Shown here one piece after another: positions 17,435 through 27,315 of a stretch of 64,000 nt of DNA; within the stretch, counting starts at the first letter, position 1, and each line of letters opens with the position of its first letter. This stretch comes from Thermoanaerobaculia bacterium. Lineage in GTDB: Bacteria; Acidobacteriota; Thermoanaerobaculia; Multivoradales; Multivoraceae. The translations under genes and the position numbers were made by a program. The notes under the pieces were generated by a model. The model ran no database searches. It was not told the DNA's origin and saw only the letters and a list, made by a program, of their open reading frames with translations. Location: the NCBI GenBank assembly GCA_963666565.1, contig OY762911.1, positions 3,808,001 to 3,872,000 of the forward strand, given 5' to 3'.

Positions 17435-18709
17435 GTGAGCAACATCGTGACGATGGCCCTGAAGGACATCCGGCTTCTGTTCCGGGATCGCCTGAGCCTC
17501 TTCTTCGTCCTTCTCTGGCCGCTGACGATGGCCATCTTCTTCGGCGCCATGTTCTCCGGCCTGGCCAGCGGGCCCGAGAGCGTTCCGGTCGCCCTCGCCG
17601 ACGAAGACCGGACCGCCGGTTCGGAGCGCTTCGCGGCCCGCCTTGCCGAGCTCGACGGGCTGGCCGTCGAGGTCGTGCCCCGGGAACAGGGGCTGGACCT
17701 GATTCGGCGCGGGCGGGCGCCGGTGCTGGTGACCCTGCAACCCGGCTTCGGCGCCGCGCTCGACAATCCGTTCGTCGCCACGCCACGGCTCGAGATGGCG
17801 GTCGACCCGAGGCAGGCGGCGGTGGCCGGCATGGTCAGGGGCCTCCTGCTGGAGTCCGCCGGCGCCGAACTCGCCGACCTGATGGCGGACCCGGCGCGAA
17901 TGGCCACCGCGAACGCCGCCAACCGGACCGGCATCGCCGCCCTGCCGCCCTCGGCGGCGCGCGACGAGTTCCTGAGCTTTCTCGACACGACGCCGCGCAT
18001 CTCGTCGCTCATCGAAGAGTTGGGAATCGGCGGCGCGACCACCGCGGCAACTCGCGGCGGGACGCCGCTCGAGGTCGAGCAGACCACGGTCCAGGCCGAA
18101 CAGCGGGGCCCGACGAACGCCTACGCGACGACCTTCCCCCAAGCCATGATCTGGGCGCTGATCGGCGGCGCGGCCTCCTTCAGCCTGTCGCTCACCCTGG
18201 AGCGGAGCCGGGGCACCCTTCTCCGGTTGCTCGTCTCGCCCACCGGCACCAGGGAGGTGCTGGCGTCGAAGGCGCTGGCGGCCATGGCCACCTCGGTTGC
18301 CGTGACGACGGCGCTGATCGCCCTGGGAATCGCCGCGTTCGGCGTCGAGCCCAGGTCCTACCCCTTGCTGGCCTTGGCCGTCTTGTGCGGCGCGATCTGC
18401 TTCAGCGGCCTGACGATGGCCTTCTCCGTGCTCGGCTCGACGGAGGGCGGCACGGCGGGGGTGAGCTGGGGGATCATGCTCCCCATGTCGATGCTCGGCG
18501 GCGTCATGTTCCCGCTGTTCCTGATGCCGCAGTGGATGCAGGTGCTCAGCAACATCAGCCCGATGAAATGGGCCCTGCTCGCCCTTGAGGGCGCGGTCTG
18601 GCGGGGCTTCACGCCGGTCGAGATGATCCCGCCTTGCAGCGTGCTGGTGCTGATCGGCGTAGTCACCTTCAGTTTCGGCGCCTCCCGGCTGCGCTGGAGC
18701 GCGGACTGA
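17435..18709 (+). CDS. ABC-2 type exporter permease
   Basis: N-terminal TM helix, large loop, ER..GTL.RL..SP, several C-terminal TM helices, LGG.MFP. Confidence 0.9.
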   Translation: MSNIVTMALKDIRLLFRDRLSLFFVLLWPLTMAIFFGAMFSGLASGPESVPVALADEDRTAGSERFAARLAELDGLAVEVVPREQGLDLIRRGRAPVLVTLQPGFGAALDNPFVATPRLEMAVDPRQAAVAGMVRGLLLESAGAELADLMADPARMATANAANRTGIAALPPSAARDEFLSFLDTTPRISSLIEELGIGGATTAATRGGTPLEVEQTTVQAEQRGPTNAYATTFPQAMIWALIGGAASFSLSLTLERSRGTLLRLLVSPTGTREVLASKALAAMATSVAVTTALIALGIAAFGVEPRSYPLLALAVLCGAICFSGLTMAFSVLGSTEGGTAGVSWGIMLPMSMLGGVMFPLFLMPQWMQVLSNISPMKWALLALEGAVWRGFTPVEMIPPCSVLVLIGVVTFSFGASRLRWSAD

Positions 18710-18713
18710 CTCC

Positions 18714-19637
18714 TTGACCGGTTCCCTGCTCGTCATCGGCTCGGTCAACTACGACCTGATCTTCCGGCATCCGAGGCTGCCCCGGCAGGGAGAGACGATC
18801 TCCGGCGCCGAACTGTTCGAATCCTGCGGTGGCAAGGGCGCCAACCAGGCCGTGGCGGCGGTGCGCTGCCGCGGCGCGCTCGGCGAGGCCGCACCGTCCG
18901 TTCTCATCGGCGGCGCGGTCGGCGCCGACGCCCACGCCGCGGCCCAACGGCGGGTCTTTGCGGAAGACGGACTCGACACCCGGTGCCTGCTCGTCCTCGA
19001 CGACCGCCACACCGGTCTCTCAGCCGTCTGGGTCGAGGCCGCCACCGGCGACAACCGGATCATGAACTCTCCGGGGGCGAACAGCCGGCTGACGGCGGGC
19101 GCCCTGGCCGCGGCGCCGATCGAGGAGGCGGGGCTGCTGCTGATCCAGAACGAAACCCCGGCAGACGGTGTGCGGAGCGCCGTCGAACGCGCTCACGGCG
19201 CCGGTGTGCCGGTGATCTGGAACCCGGCGCCCATCGACGAGGCGAGCGACCCGGGGCTCGATCCCCGGCACGTCGACTGGGTCACACCGAACGAAGTGGA
19301 GTGCGCGGTGCTGCTCGGCCGCGCCGGCGAGCGGATCGACGCCGGCAGCGCCGCCGACGCCGCGGCCGAGTTGCTCAGGCTCGGCTACCGCGGCGCGATC
19401 CTGACCCTGGGCCCGGCCGGAGTCCTGGTCGCGAAGCCGGAGTCGCCGCCGGAGTTGATCCCCGCCCCCCAGGTCGACGCGGTCGACACGACCGGTGCCG
19501 GCGACGCCTTCAACGGCGCCTTCGCCGCCGGCCTGCTTGCCACCTCCGACAGCCGCGAGGCCGCGGCCTTCGGCGTCCGCTACGCCAGCGACTCCGTGAC
19601 CAGGCATGGCACCCAGACTTCCTTCGCCCGCTGGTAG
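18714..19637 (+). CDS. rbsK: Ribokinase / PfkB family kinase
   Basis: IGSVNYD, GGKGANQA, QNE, NPAP, PNEVE, VDTTGAGDAFNG. Confidence 0.85.
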   Translation: MTGSLLVIGSVNYDLIFRHPRLPRQGETISGAELFESCGGKGANQAVAAVRCRGALGEAAPSVLIGGAVGADAHAAAQRRVFAEDGLDTRCLLVLDDRHTGLSAVWVEAATGDNRIMNSPGANSRLTAGALAAAPIEEAGLLLIQNETPADGVRSAVERAHGAGVPVIWNPAPIDEASDPGLDPRHVDWVTPNEVECAVLLGRAGERIDAGSAADAAAELLRLGYRGAILTLGPAGVLVAKPESPPELIPAPQVDAVDTTGAGDAFNGAFAAGLLATSDSREAAAFGVRYASDSVTRHGTQTSFARW

Positions 19638-19646
19638 CGTCGCCGC

Positions 19647-20945
19647 GTGGCTGGCCGCGGATCCTCCACCAAGCTCGCCCTGCTCGGCGGCACTCCGGTC
19701 CGCGACAGGGCGTGGCCCCAATGGCCGGCGCGCGGCGCCGAAGAGGAACGGGCTCTCATCGCGGCGTTCCGGGACGGCGACTGGGGCGGCTTCCCGCTGC
19801 CGAACGAGCGCTCGGCGGCCTTCGCCGCAGCCTTCGCCGAACGCCACGACTGCGAACACGCCCTCTGCGTGGCGAACGGCACGGTCTCGCTCGAAGTCGC
19901 GCTCCAGGCGATGGGCGTCGAGCCGGGCGCCGAGGTCATCGTGCCGGCATACACGTTCGAGGCGACCGCCTCGGCCGCCCTGTTCGCGGGTTGCGCGCCC
20001 GTGTTCGCCGACATCGACCCGGAGACGTACTGCATCGACGTCAACGCGGCCGAGGCGCTGGTCACCGAGCGCACCCAGGCGATCGTCCCCGTCCACCTGG
20101 CGATGACGATCGCCGACCTGGACGCCATCGGCAAGCTCGCCGGGAAGCACGGCTTGGCCGTGCTCGAGGACTGCGCCCACGCCCACGGCGCCCGCTGGCG
20201 CGGCCGCGGCGTCGGTTCCTGGGGCGACGCCGGATCCTTCAGCTTCCAGACCTCGAAGCTGATGACGGCCGGCGAGGGCGGCACCGTGACGACATCGGAC
20301 AACGCGCTTCTCGACCGGCTGCACGCCCTCGTGAACTGCGGCCGCCAGCGCCCGGGGGCCGCGGAACCCGCGGCGGTGATTGGCCACAACTACCGGATGA
20401 CGGACCTCCAGGCGGCGATCCTGAAAGTGCAGCTCGAGCGGCTCGATCGACAGCACGAGATCCGCGCCGCCAACGCCAGTCGCCTGCGCGCCGCGATCGA
20501 GGACATAGACGGGCTGACGAATCTCCGGATCGACGACCGCGTAACGACCCAGGCCATCTACCAGTTCGTCTTCCGCTTCGACACAACGGCCTTCGCCGGC
20601 ATCGACCGCGACGTCTTCGTCACGGCCCTCCAGGCCGAGGGCGTGCCGGCCGACGGCCGCTTCTACGAATCGCTGCCCTCAAGCGAACTGCTACGCCCGG
20701 ACCCGACCCGCTACCCGGCGTGGAGCACGGCTCTCGCGGACGCTCCGGCAGCGGACTGCCCGAACGCCGAACGCGCCGCGTATCGGGAGTCCGTCTGGCT
20801 GCCCCACCAGCTCCTGCTCGGCACGCAGGCCGACGTCGACGACATCGTCGAAGCCGTGCTCAAAGTGCAGCGCGGCGCCGCAGACCTCGCCGGACTAGAG
20901 AGCGCTGAAGTCGAGCGCCTGCGACAGGCGCGATCGGCGAGGTAG
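19647..20945 (+). CDS. DegT/DnrJ/EryC1/StrS PLP aminotransferase (RifK/BtrR-like)
   Basis: LALLGG.P, NGTVSL, EDCAHAHG, FSFQTSKLMTAGEGG (PLP Lys), NYRMTD.QAA. Confidence 0.92.
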   Translation: MAGRGSSTKLALLGGTPVRDRAWPQWPARGAEEERALIAAFRDGDWGGFPLPNERSAAFAAAFAERHDCEHALCVANGTVSLEVALQAMGVEPGAEVIVPAYTFEATASAALFAGCAPVFADIDPETYCIDVNAAEALVTERTQAIVPVHLAMTIADLDAIGKLAGKHGLAVLEDCAHAHGARWRGRGVGSWGDAGSFSFQTSKLMTAGEGGTVTTSDNALLDRLHALVNCGRQRPGAAEPAAVIGHNYRMTDLQAAILKVQLERLDRQHEIRAANASRLRAAIEDIDGLTNLRIDDRVTTQAIYQFVFRFDTTAFAGIDRDVFVTALQAEGVPADGRFYESLPSSELLRPDPTRYPAWSTALADAPAADCPNAERAAYRESVWLPHQLLLGTQADVDDIVEAVLKVQRGAADLAGLESAEVERLRQARSAR

Positions 20946-20970
20946 AGCGCAGGCTCCGCGGTTCTTCATC

Positions 20971-21378
20971 TCAAAGGCTTCCCGACCCGGTCGACAGCGC
21001 CGGCTCGACATCGGTCAACGAGAAATCGTCGCCCTTGAACAGGAGCGCCAGGTCTCTCTGTCGGGCCAGGGCGTAGGGGAAAACGTCTCCGAGGTTCAGG
21101 CGAGCCGGATGGCGGCCTTTCCCGAACCGGCGGTACGCTTCGACCGCGATCAGCGCCTGCTCGGCGTCGACCGGTTCGATCTCGACGAAGGGGAACGCGA
21201 GGAACTCCAGCAAAGCGCGGTTCGCGGCGTCGTCTCCACTGGTCACCGCGCCCAGTTCGGCCACCGAGCCGGCCGAAAGGAGGCCGCCGGCGGCGTCCGC
21301 GATCCGTTCCAGGTAGCGCACCGAGTCCGGTTCTCCCAGGAGGATCGCCACAACGACCGAGGAGTCGACGACGATCAC
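20971..21378 (-). CDS. vapC: Type II TA toxin, PIN-domain ribonuclease
   Basis: MIVVDSS..VAILLGEP, RFGKGRHPARLNLGD..YALA, LLFKGDDF..TD. Confidence 0.93.
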   Translation of the reverse strand: MIVVDSSVVVAILLGEPDSVRYLERIADAAGGLLSAGSVAELGAVTSGDDAANRALLEFLAFPFVEIEPVDAEQALIAVEAYRRFGKGRHPARLNLGDVFPYALARQRDLALLFKGDDFSLTDVEPALSTGSGSL

Positions 21379-21683
21379 TTCGGCACGCCTCGCTCATCGT
21401 AGATCTGCTCGAAGAGCGTCTCGGACAAAGGCCGGTCGGGATCGAGAGTCGGGTCGGCGGCAAGCAGGGCCGCGCGCAACTCGGGTCCCTTCTCGCTGAA
21501 CTTCGTCAACGCCGCCCGAATCTCCTCGGGGCTGCACTTTCGGATGCCCCGTTTCTCCTCCAGCGCCCCGATGGCGCTTTCGATTACCTTCACCTTGCTG
21601 CCGCGGCCACCTCCGTGCAGAACCTTGGCGAGGTACTCGACCCGTTCGTCGAGGTCCGGCCGGTGGGCTATGTTGATCGCCAT
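21375..21683 (-). CDS. vapB: Type II TA antitoxin (VapB-like)
   Basis: 102 aa MAINIAH...YDERGVPK; GTGA overlap with vapC; upstream TGCTACGAT extended -10 with repeated GCTACGAT near 21725-21744. Confidence 0.8.
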   Translation of the reverse strand: MAINIAHRPDLDERVEYLAKVLHGGGRGSKVKVIESAIGALEEKRGIRKCSPEEIRAALTKFSEKGPELRAALLAADPTLDPDRPLSETLFEQIYDERGVPK

Positions 21684-21875
21684 CCTGAAGTTCCCAAGGC
21701 CATCTCTCCCCGGCCTTGACGGACATCGTAGCATCGATCGTAGCGAGCGGCGCGGCGCCGGGGGCCAACGCCAGGCTGGAAGCGCCCGCCCCACTTGCTC
21801 ACGCCTGCTTCGATCACGCGCTCGAGCCACTCTCGGAATCGGCTCGCCCCGGAACTCGCGAATCGACTCGATGGC

Positions 21876-21908
21876 GCACAATCTGAAAGCAGAACTTTCA
21901 GATTGTGC
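21876..21908. promoter_or_regulatory. AT-rich perfect 14-bp inverted repeat (operator or terminator candidate)
   Basis: GCACAATCTGAAAG-CAGAA-CTTTCAGATTGTGC. Confidence 0.5.
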
Positions 21909-21922
21909 CGCGCCTCGCCTTT

Positions 21923-23191
21923 CTAGGCCCAGGTCAGCGCGCCGTCGCTCTGCCCGAACGAGTCCGTCTCCACGCCCATCGACTGCAGCAGAGTCACGTA
22001 GAGATTGCAAAGCGGCGCGTTGTGCCTGCCCTCGTGGACGACGTGCTGGCCGTGGCTGAAACCGCCGCCGGCGAGGAGGATCGGCAGATCCTTCGGCTCA
22101 TGGGAGTTGGCATTGCCCAGGTTGCTGCCGAACAACACGGCCGTGTCGTCGAGGAGCGAGCCGTTGCCGTCGCTGCGCTCGCCCATGTCGACCAGGAGAT
22201 CGTCGAAGCTCTCGACGATCTCGGTCTCGATCTTCTTGAGCTGCGCGATCTTCGCCGGGTCCTGGCCGTGGTGCGAGAGACTGTGCTGGTCGAAGTTCAC
22301 GCCCGGGACGTCGATGACCACGCCGTGATCCTGGATCATCAGGCTGATGACGCGAGACGAGTCGGTCTCCAGGATCAGCGGGATCATCCGGAACATCAGC
22401 TTGATGCGGCCGATCAGGTCGTTGCGCGACGGAATGTCGACGGGCGGTTCGGCATCGACCACCGGCTTCGGCTTCTGTTGCCAGGCCTTGACCTCGGCGA
22501 GGTCGAGTTCGGCGGTACGCACCGCGTCGAAGTAGGAGTCCAGCTTCACCTGGTCGGCCATGCTCACCCGCCGGCGGAGCGCCGACGTCTGCGACTTGAG
22601 CCGGTCGAGGATGCTGCCGCCGTCGTTCAGGCTCCGCTTCTCGCGCTCGACTTCTTCCGGGGTGCCCTGCAGGAACAACTGCCGGAACAGGTTCGACGGG
22701 CTCGTCTCCGCCGGCACCATGGCGCCGCTCCTGGTGTAGGACTGGCTCTGCGGCGCCGCCGTCCCGAGCACGACGGACGGGAACCGGGTCGTGTAGCCGA
22801 GATGGTTCGCGGCCACCTGGTCCATCGAGATCGTGTTGCGGAAACCGTCCAGACCGGGGCGCCGGGCCGCCGTCAGGAACGTGATCTCCGAGTTGTGCGG
22901 CTGCCGGCCGGTCTGCTCCTCGTGCGAGAACCCGCTGAACAGGGTGAAGTTGTCGCGGTGCTTCTCGAGCAGCGAGAGGTACTCCGTGGCCTCCCACGCC
23001 GCGCCCGCGGTCTTCGGGAACCACGCCTCCTTGTAGAGGCCGAGCGTGTTGCAGATGTTGACCATCCGCCTGGGCCCCGCGGCCGCGGCATGGGCCAGCC
23101 GTGGCGTCATCGACTCCAGCATGGGCAGCGCCAGGGCGACGCCGGAGGCGCGGAGGAACGTACGGCGATCGAGCGGCTTGGTCAGGTTCAT
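21923..23191 (-). CDS. DUF1552 (HXXSHH) family protein with Tat-like signal
   Basis: LDRRTFLR..GVALALP.LESM, NTISMDQVAA, HSLSHH, LLDDT.VLFGSNLGNANSH, LPILLAGG. Confidence 0.9.
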   Translation of the reverse strand: MNLTKPLDRRTFLRASGVALALPMLESMTPRLAHAAAAGPRRMVNICNTLGLYKEAWFPKTAGAAWEATEYLSLLEKHRDNFTLFSGFSHEEQTGRQPHNSEITFLTAARRPGLDGFRNTISMDQVAANHLGYTTRFPSVVLGTAAPQSQSYTRSGAMVPAETSPSNLFRQLFLQGTPEEVEREKRSLNDGGSILDRLKSQTSALRRRVSMADQVKLDSYFDAVRTAELDLAEVKAWQQKPKPVVDAEPPVDIPSRNDLIGRIKLMFRMIPLILETDSSRVISLMIQDHGVVIDVPGVNFDQHSLSHHGQDPAKIAQLKKIETEIVESFDDLLVDMGERSDGNGSLLDDTAVLFGSNLGNANSHEPKDLPILLAGGGFSHGQHVVHEGRHNAPLCNLYVTLLQSMGVETDSFGQSDGALTWA

Positions 23192-23193
23192 CG

Positions 23194-25659
23194 CTACCTC
23201 GTCCTGAAGAGATCGCTGTTCGCAACCTCGTGAATCATCGTCCTGAAGGGGAACCCGTCGTCGCTCAGCTTCGCGACGACATCCTCCACGCCGTCCCGGT
23301 CCGCGAACTCGATCTCGGCGCCGGTCGAGTAGACGAGGAGCTGGGACACGAGATGACGCGCCACCTGCTCCACGTCCCTGCCGAGCAACGCCTTGTACTC
23401 CTCGATCCCGGCGAAGGCCTCGCCGTCCGCCGTCACGCCGGAGGCATCCACCGGCGGCCCCTGCCTGTACGGCATCGGATAGGCGAATCCGTCCGGAGTC
23501 GTGCCTTCGCCGCCCGCGGCACGGTAACGGGTGCGGAAGCCGCCGATCGGGTCGAAGGACTCGAGAGCGAAGCCGGGCGGGTCGATCACCCGGTGGCAAC
23601 TGTTGCACACGGGCTCGTTGCGGTGCTTCGCCAACTGCTCCCGGACCGTGGTGGCGCCGCGCGTGTCCGGCTCCAGGGCCTCGACGCTCTCGGGCGGCGG
23701 CGGCGCCGGCTGGCCGAGCAGGTTCGCCAGCACGAAGTTGCCGCGCGGAATCGGCGACGTGATCGTGCCGTTGGCGGTGATCTTGTGGATGCTCGCCTGG
23801 GTGATCAGACCGCCGCGGACGCTGTCCGGCGGCAGCGCCACCTTGCGCATGTACTGGCCTTCGACGCCCGGCACGCCGTAGTGCTCGGCGAGCCGGCGGT
23901 TGAGGAAGGTGAAGTCGGCGTCGATCAGGCTGCCCACGCCGTGGTTCCCGGCGATCAGTTCGGCCAGGAACATCTGCGTCTCCCGGGCCATCGACTGCCC
24001 CAGCCGGTCGTCGTACTCGGGATAGAGCCCGGAGTCGGGGGCCGTGGCCTTCATCTCGTAGAGGCGGAACGCCTGGCCCGCGAAGTCCTTGACGAACCGC
24101 TCGGTCCTGGGATGGTCGAGCAGCCGCTCGACCTGGGCCGCGAAGATCGCCGGATCCGCCAGACTCCCGTCGACGGCGCGCGCCAGCAGCTCGTCGTCCG
24201 GCAGACTCCGCCACAGGAAGTAGGAAAGCCGCGACGCGAGGGCGTGATCGTCCAGCCGGCCGGGGTCGCCGGTCTGGAACAGGAAGGGCGGAGCGCTCAG
24301 GATGGCGCGGAGCGGAATCCGCACCGCTTCGATGAACGGCCGGCCGTCCTCGAGCAGCGGCCGGGCGAGACTCGCGTAGGCCTCGAGCTCGTCCCCGGCG
24401 AGCGGGCGCCGGAAAGCCCGCGGCGCGAACGCGGCGACGACGTCGACCACGTGCTCGTACGGGGCCTTGCTGAGCGTGACCTCGCCGCCCTCGTCGAACT
24501 CGACGCCCGCCAGCAGCTTCCGTGTGCTCGACGGCGGCCAGTCATCGAACAGCGGCCCCTCGATCGTCAGGGAACGAAGCGCGATCCCCTCGCCCTTGTA
24601 GCTCTCGACGTTCGTTTCCGGAGCGAAGTAGTTGGTGTACTCGCCCGGGGGGCGGTCCGCTTCGGCAAGAGACGGCGCGAGGAGGTCGCCCGGCCGGAGG
24701 AACGTCTCGAACTGCACCGTCCGCGGCGTCTCGCCGACCAGATCGTAGTAGGCGATCAACTCGTCGAGCGAAGCGGCCGCCGCCTGCTTGGAGCCCAGAT
24801 AGACCGTCAGCGTCACCGGCGCGGTGGCCTGATACGCCCAGCCCTCGATCGTGGCGCGGTAACGGCCGGCGTAGGGCACGTCGTAGCCCTCCGTCTCGCT
24901 GTGCATGAGGTACGTCGACCCGCCGTCGAAGAACATGACCGCCGCGTCGTCCAGCATCTTGGTGATCCCGCCGCCCAGGATCTCCGCCTTGCTCATGTAG
25001 GTGAGGTATTGCGAATCGGCGTAGGCGATCTCGCGCCGCCCGGTGGCCGGCCGGGGACCGATCTTGATCGCCTCGTCGAGCGCCCGGTCCGCCACTTCGA
25101 GGTAGCTGCGGACATGCAGGGGCGACATGCTCTGGTTTGCCGCCACCGTGTCGAAGCCGCCGGAGTCGGCCTCCGCGGGCAGGCTCTGGCTGAGTTCCAT
25201 CGCGACGGCCTCGTCGATGGCGAGCAGATCCTGGATCGTGTAGGCGTACTCGAGCCGGGTCAGCCGGCGCAGCGGCACGCGCTGGCCCCCGCGAGTAGCC
25301 AGGTTGGCCTCGACCAAGGCGCCCTTGAGGGACGCCAATGCCGCCTCGATCAGCTCGGACTCGGGCTTCGGCGCCTCGGGCGGCGGCATTTCGCCGTTCG
25401 CGATCCGGTCGTGAATGCGCTGCCAGGTGCGGATCGTCTTCGCGTCCGTCAGGTCGTGGCTCAGCCGGGTGATGCTGAGCGGAGTCGCGGTTCGGTTCCC
25501 GTGGCAGCGGACGCAGGAACGGTCGACGAGCGGCGCAACGTCCGCGAAGAACCCCGAAGGACTCTCAAGGAGACCGGCGTCCGCCGTCTGCTGCGCGGAG
25601 ACGGCCGGCACGAGCAGGGCAAACGGCAACATCGCGAGAGCAACGCGGTTCTGCTTCAT
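23194..25659 (-). CDS. DUF1587/1595/1592/1588/1585 planctomycete-type cytochrome c domain protein
   Basis: Signal peptide, CVRCH, GEMPP, LRRLTRLEY, RAFRRP, LASRLSYFLWRSLPD, RGGLITQ, CNSCH..IDPPGFALE.FD. Confidence 0.9.
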   Translation of the reverse strand: MKQNRVALAMLPFALLVPAVSAQQTADAGLLESPSGFFADVAPLVDRSCVRCHGNRTATPLSITRLSHDLTDAKTIRTWQRIHDRIANGEMPPPEAPKPESELIEAALASLKGALVEANLATRGGQRVPLRRLTRLEYAYTIQDLLAIDEAVAMELSQSLPAEADSGGFDTVAANQSMSPLHVRSYLEVADRALDEAIKIGPRPATGRREIAYADSQYLTYMSKAEILGGGITKMLDDAAVMFFDGGSTYLMHSETEGYDVPYAGRYRATIEGWAYQATAPVTLTVYLGSKQAAAASLDELIAYYDLVGETPRTVQFETFLRPGDLLAPSLAEADRPPGEYTNYFAPETNVESYKGEGIALRSLTIEGPLFDDWPPSSTRKLLAGVEFDEGGEVTLSKAPYEHVVDVVAAFAPRAFRRPLAGDELEAYASLARPLLEDGRPFIEAVRIPLRAILSAPPFLFQTGDPGRLDDHALASRLSYFLWRSLPDDELLARAVDGSLADPAIFAAQVERLLDHPRTERFVKDFAGQAFRLYEMKATAPDSGLYPEYDDRLGQSMARETQMFLAELIAGNHGVGSLIDADFTFLNRRLAEHYGVPGVEGQYMRKVALPPDSVRGGLITQASIHKITANGTITSPIPRGNFVLANLLGQPAPPPPESVEALEPDTRGATTVREQLAKHRNEPVCNSCHRVIDPPGFALESFDPIGGFRTRYRAAGGEGTTPDGFAYPMPYRQGPPVDASGVTADGEAFAGIEEYKALLGRDVEQVARHLVSQLLVYSTGAEIEFADRDGVEDVVAKLSDDGFPFRTMIHEVANSDLFRTR

Positions 25660-25891
25660 CGATCTCCCCTTCGGACGCCGCGTACCGGTCTGGCTGGAAC
25701 TCGCCTCAAGAACCTGGAACACCATACCACCTTCGTCGATTGCCCCGGTTGCATCGCAGCCCCACCCCATCTCACTCGCGTCCGATCGTTGCGCCGGCCC
25801 TCGGGGCGTACGCCCGACGCCGGCGGCACGCCTCTGTTCGAAGCCGGCGCAACGCGCGTCGCCCGGTTCCGGCCCGCGTCCGTGGGCTGCC

Positions 25892-27301
25892 TCAGCCGCC
25901 CTCGAGCGGCAGAACCGCACCCACATGGTCGCGGATCCACCTGGCGTCGAACCACTCCAGCGGGTTCACCGGCAACCCGCCCAGGAGCACCGCGAAGTGG
26001 AGATGGTCGCCGCCGGCAAGCCCGGTCTGGCCGCTCAGGCCCAGACGCTGACCGCTCTCCACCGGCTCGCCGACCTCGACGTCCATCCGGGACAGGTGCG
26101 AGTACAGCGTCTGCAGGCCGTAACCGTGATCGAGGATGACCGTGTTGCCGTAGATGCCGAGGTACTCCGCCAGGACGACGACGCCGGCGTTGGCGGCCGG
26201 AACGTCGGCCTGGACCCGCGACGCGAGGTCGAAGCCGAGATGATCCTGCGTATCGACGACCCGGCCCTCGTAGAGGTACCGCCGCCGGGCCGCGAACTCG
26301 TCCATCACCTGCGTGTTCCGCATCTGGCGAAACGGGCCGCTCCAGAGCTGACGCGGCGCCGAGTCGGCCGCGATCCCGACCAGACGCTCGGCGTTCATCC
26401 GCCGCAGATCCCCGTTCACCATCAGGTAGTTCTCCAGCAGGTTGCCGCGGTCTGCGAGTTCCGGCGTCCGCGACATGATCGCCGGGACCACGCGTGCCAT
26501 GAAGGCGTCGCTGAGCCGGATGGTCGAGGACTTGAGCGGCGACGGCTCCACCGCGCCCAGGAACCGCACGCTCGCCTCGTTGCCGAGCTCGTCGCGCGCC
26601 ACCAGCCGGAAGGGCGCCGGATCGGCGCTGTCGTAGGGAACGCCGAACAGGACGAAGCGCTCCCGCGGGCCGCCGCCCGGGAGCGGATGGCCGGGGAACC
26701 GGTAGGGACCGACCTCGACGCCGCTCTCCGTCGCGCTCTCGCCGACGAGGTAGCGCAGCACGCCGCTGCCGGACTGGGTCGGCGTCGCCACCACGCGCAC
26801 CGCGCTCAGCTCCGGCGGGCGGAACCGGACCGGCAACGCGATCTCGGCGACCCTGGGCGCAGGCCGGCGCAGCAGGGTCCCGGGCCGCTCGACCGTGACC
26901 CGCACCGTCGCCTCGCCCTCGACCAGGTCCGGCGTGGCTTCCCTGCCCACCTCTACCTCGACCGTCGCCTCCGCCACCGGGTTGCCGCCCAGGGACCACG
27001 GACCGGGCGGGCGGTGGGTCCTCTCCTCGAGCAGCGTGGATTCCCCGTCCTGGATCAACTCCACCCGGATCGAACCGAGTCCCCGGCCGCCTGCCTCCGC
27101 CACGGACGTGACGACCGTCCTGGGGCCGATGCCGGGCAGATCGGAGCGGATCGTGACGACGGGTTCCGGTCCGACGCGAATCCACAGCACCGCGCCGGCG
27201 GCCGCGAGAGCCACGACGAGCGGCGCGGCGATCGCGGCCCAGGGCGGCTGGCCCCGCCGGCGCGGTCCCAGGCGAACGGCTTCCCTTCCGGTGAGCGCCA
27301 A
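25892..27301 (-). CDS. M23 family metallopeptidase with N-terminal TM anchor
   Basis: HLGFDLA, IYGNTVILDHG.GL.TLYSHLS, GDHLHF, PVNP. Confidence 0.92.
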   Translation of the reverse strand: MALTGREAVRLGPRRRGQPPWAAIAAPLVVALAAAGAVLWIRVGPEPVVTIRSDLPGIGPRTVVTSVAEAGGRGLGSIRVELIQDGESTLLEERTHRPPGPWSLGGNPVAEATVEVEVGREATPDLVEGEATVRVTVERPGTLLRRPAPRVAEIALPVRFRPPELSAVRVVATPTQSGSGVLRYLVGESATESGVEVGPYRFPGHPLPGGGPRERFVLFGVPYDSADPAPFRLVARDELGNEASVRFLGAVEPSPLKSSTIRLSDAFMARVVPAIMSRTPELADRGNLLENYLMVNGDLRRMNAERLVGIAADSAPRQLWSGPFRQMRNTQVMDEFAARRRYLYEGRVVDTQDHLGFDLASRVQADVPAANAGVVVLAEYLGIYGNTVILDHGYGLQTLYSHLSRMDVEVGEPVESGQRLGLSGQTGLAGGDHLHFAVLLGGLPVNPLEWFDARWIRDHVGAVLPLEGG

Positions 27302-27315
27302 GAACCCGCGGCCCG

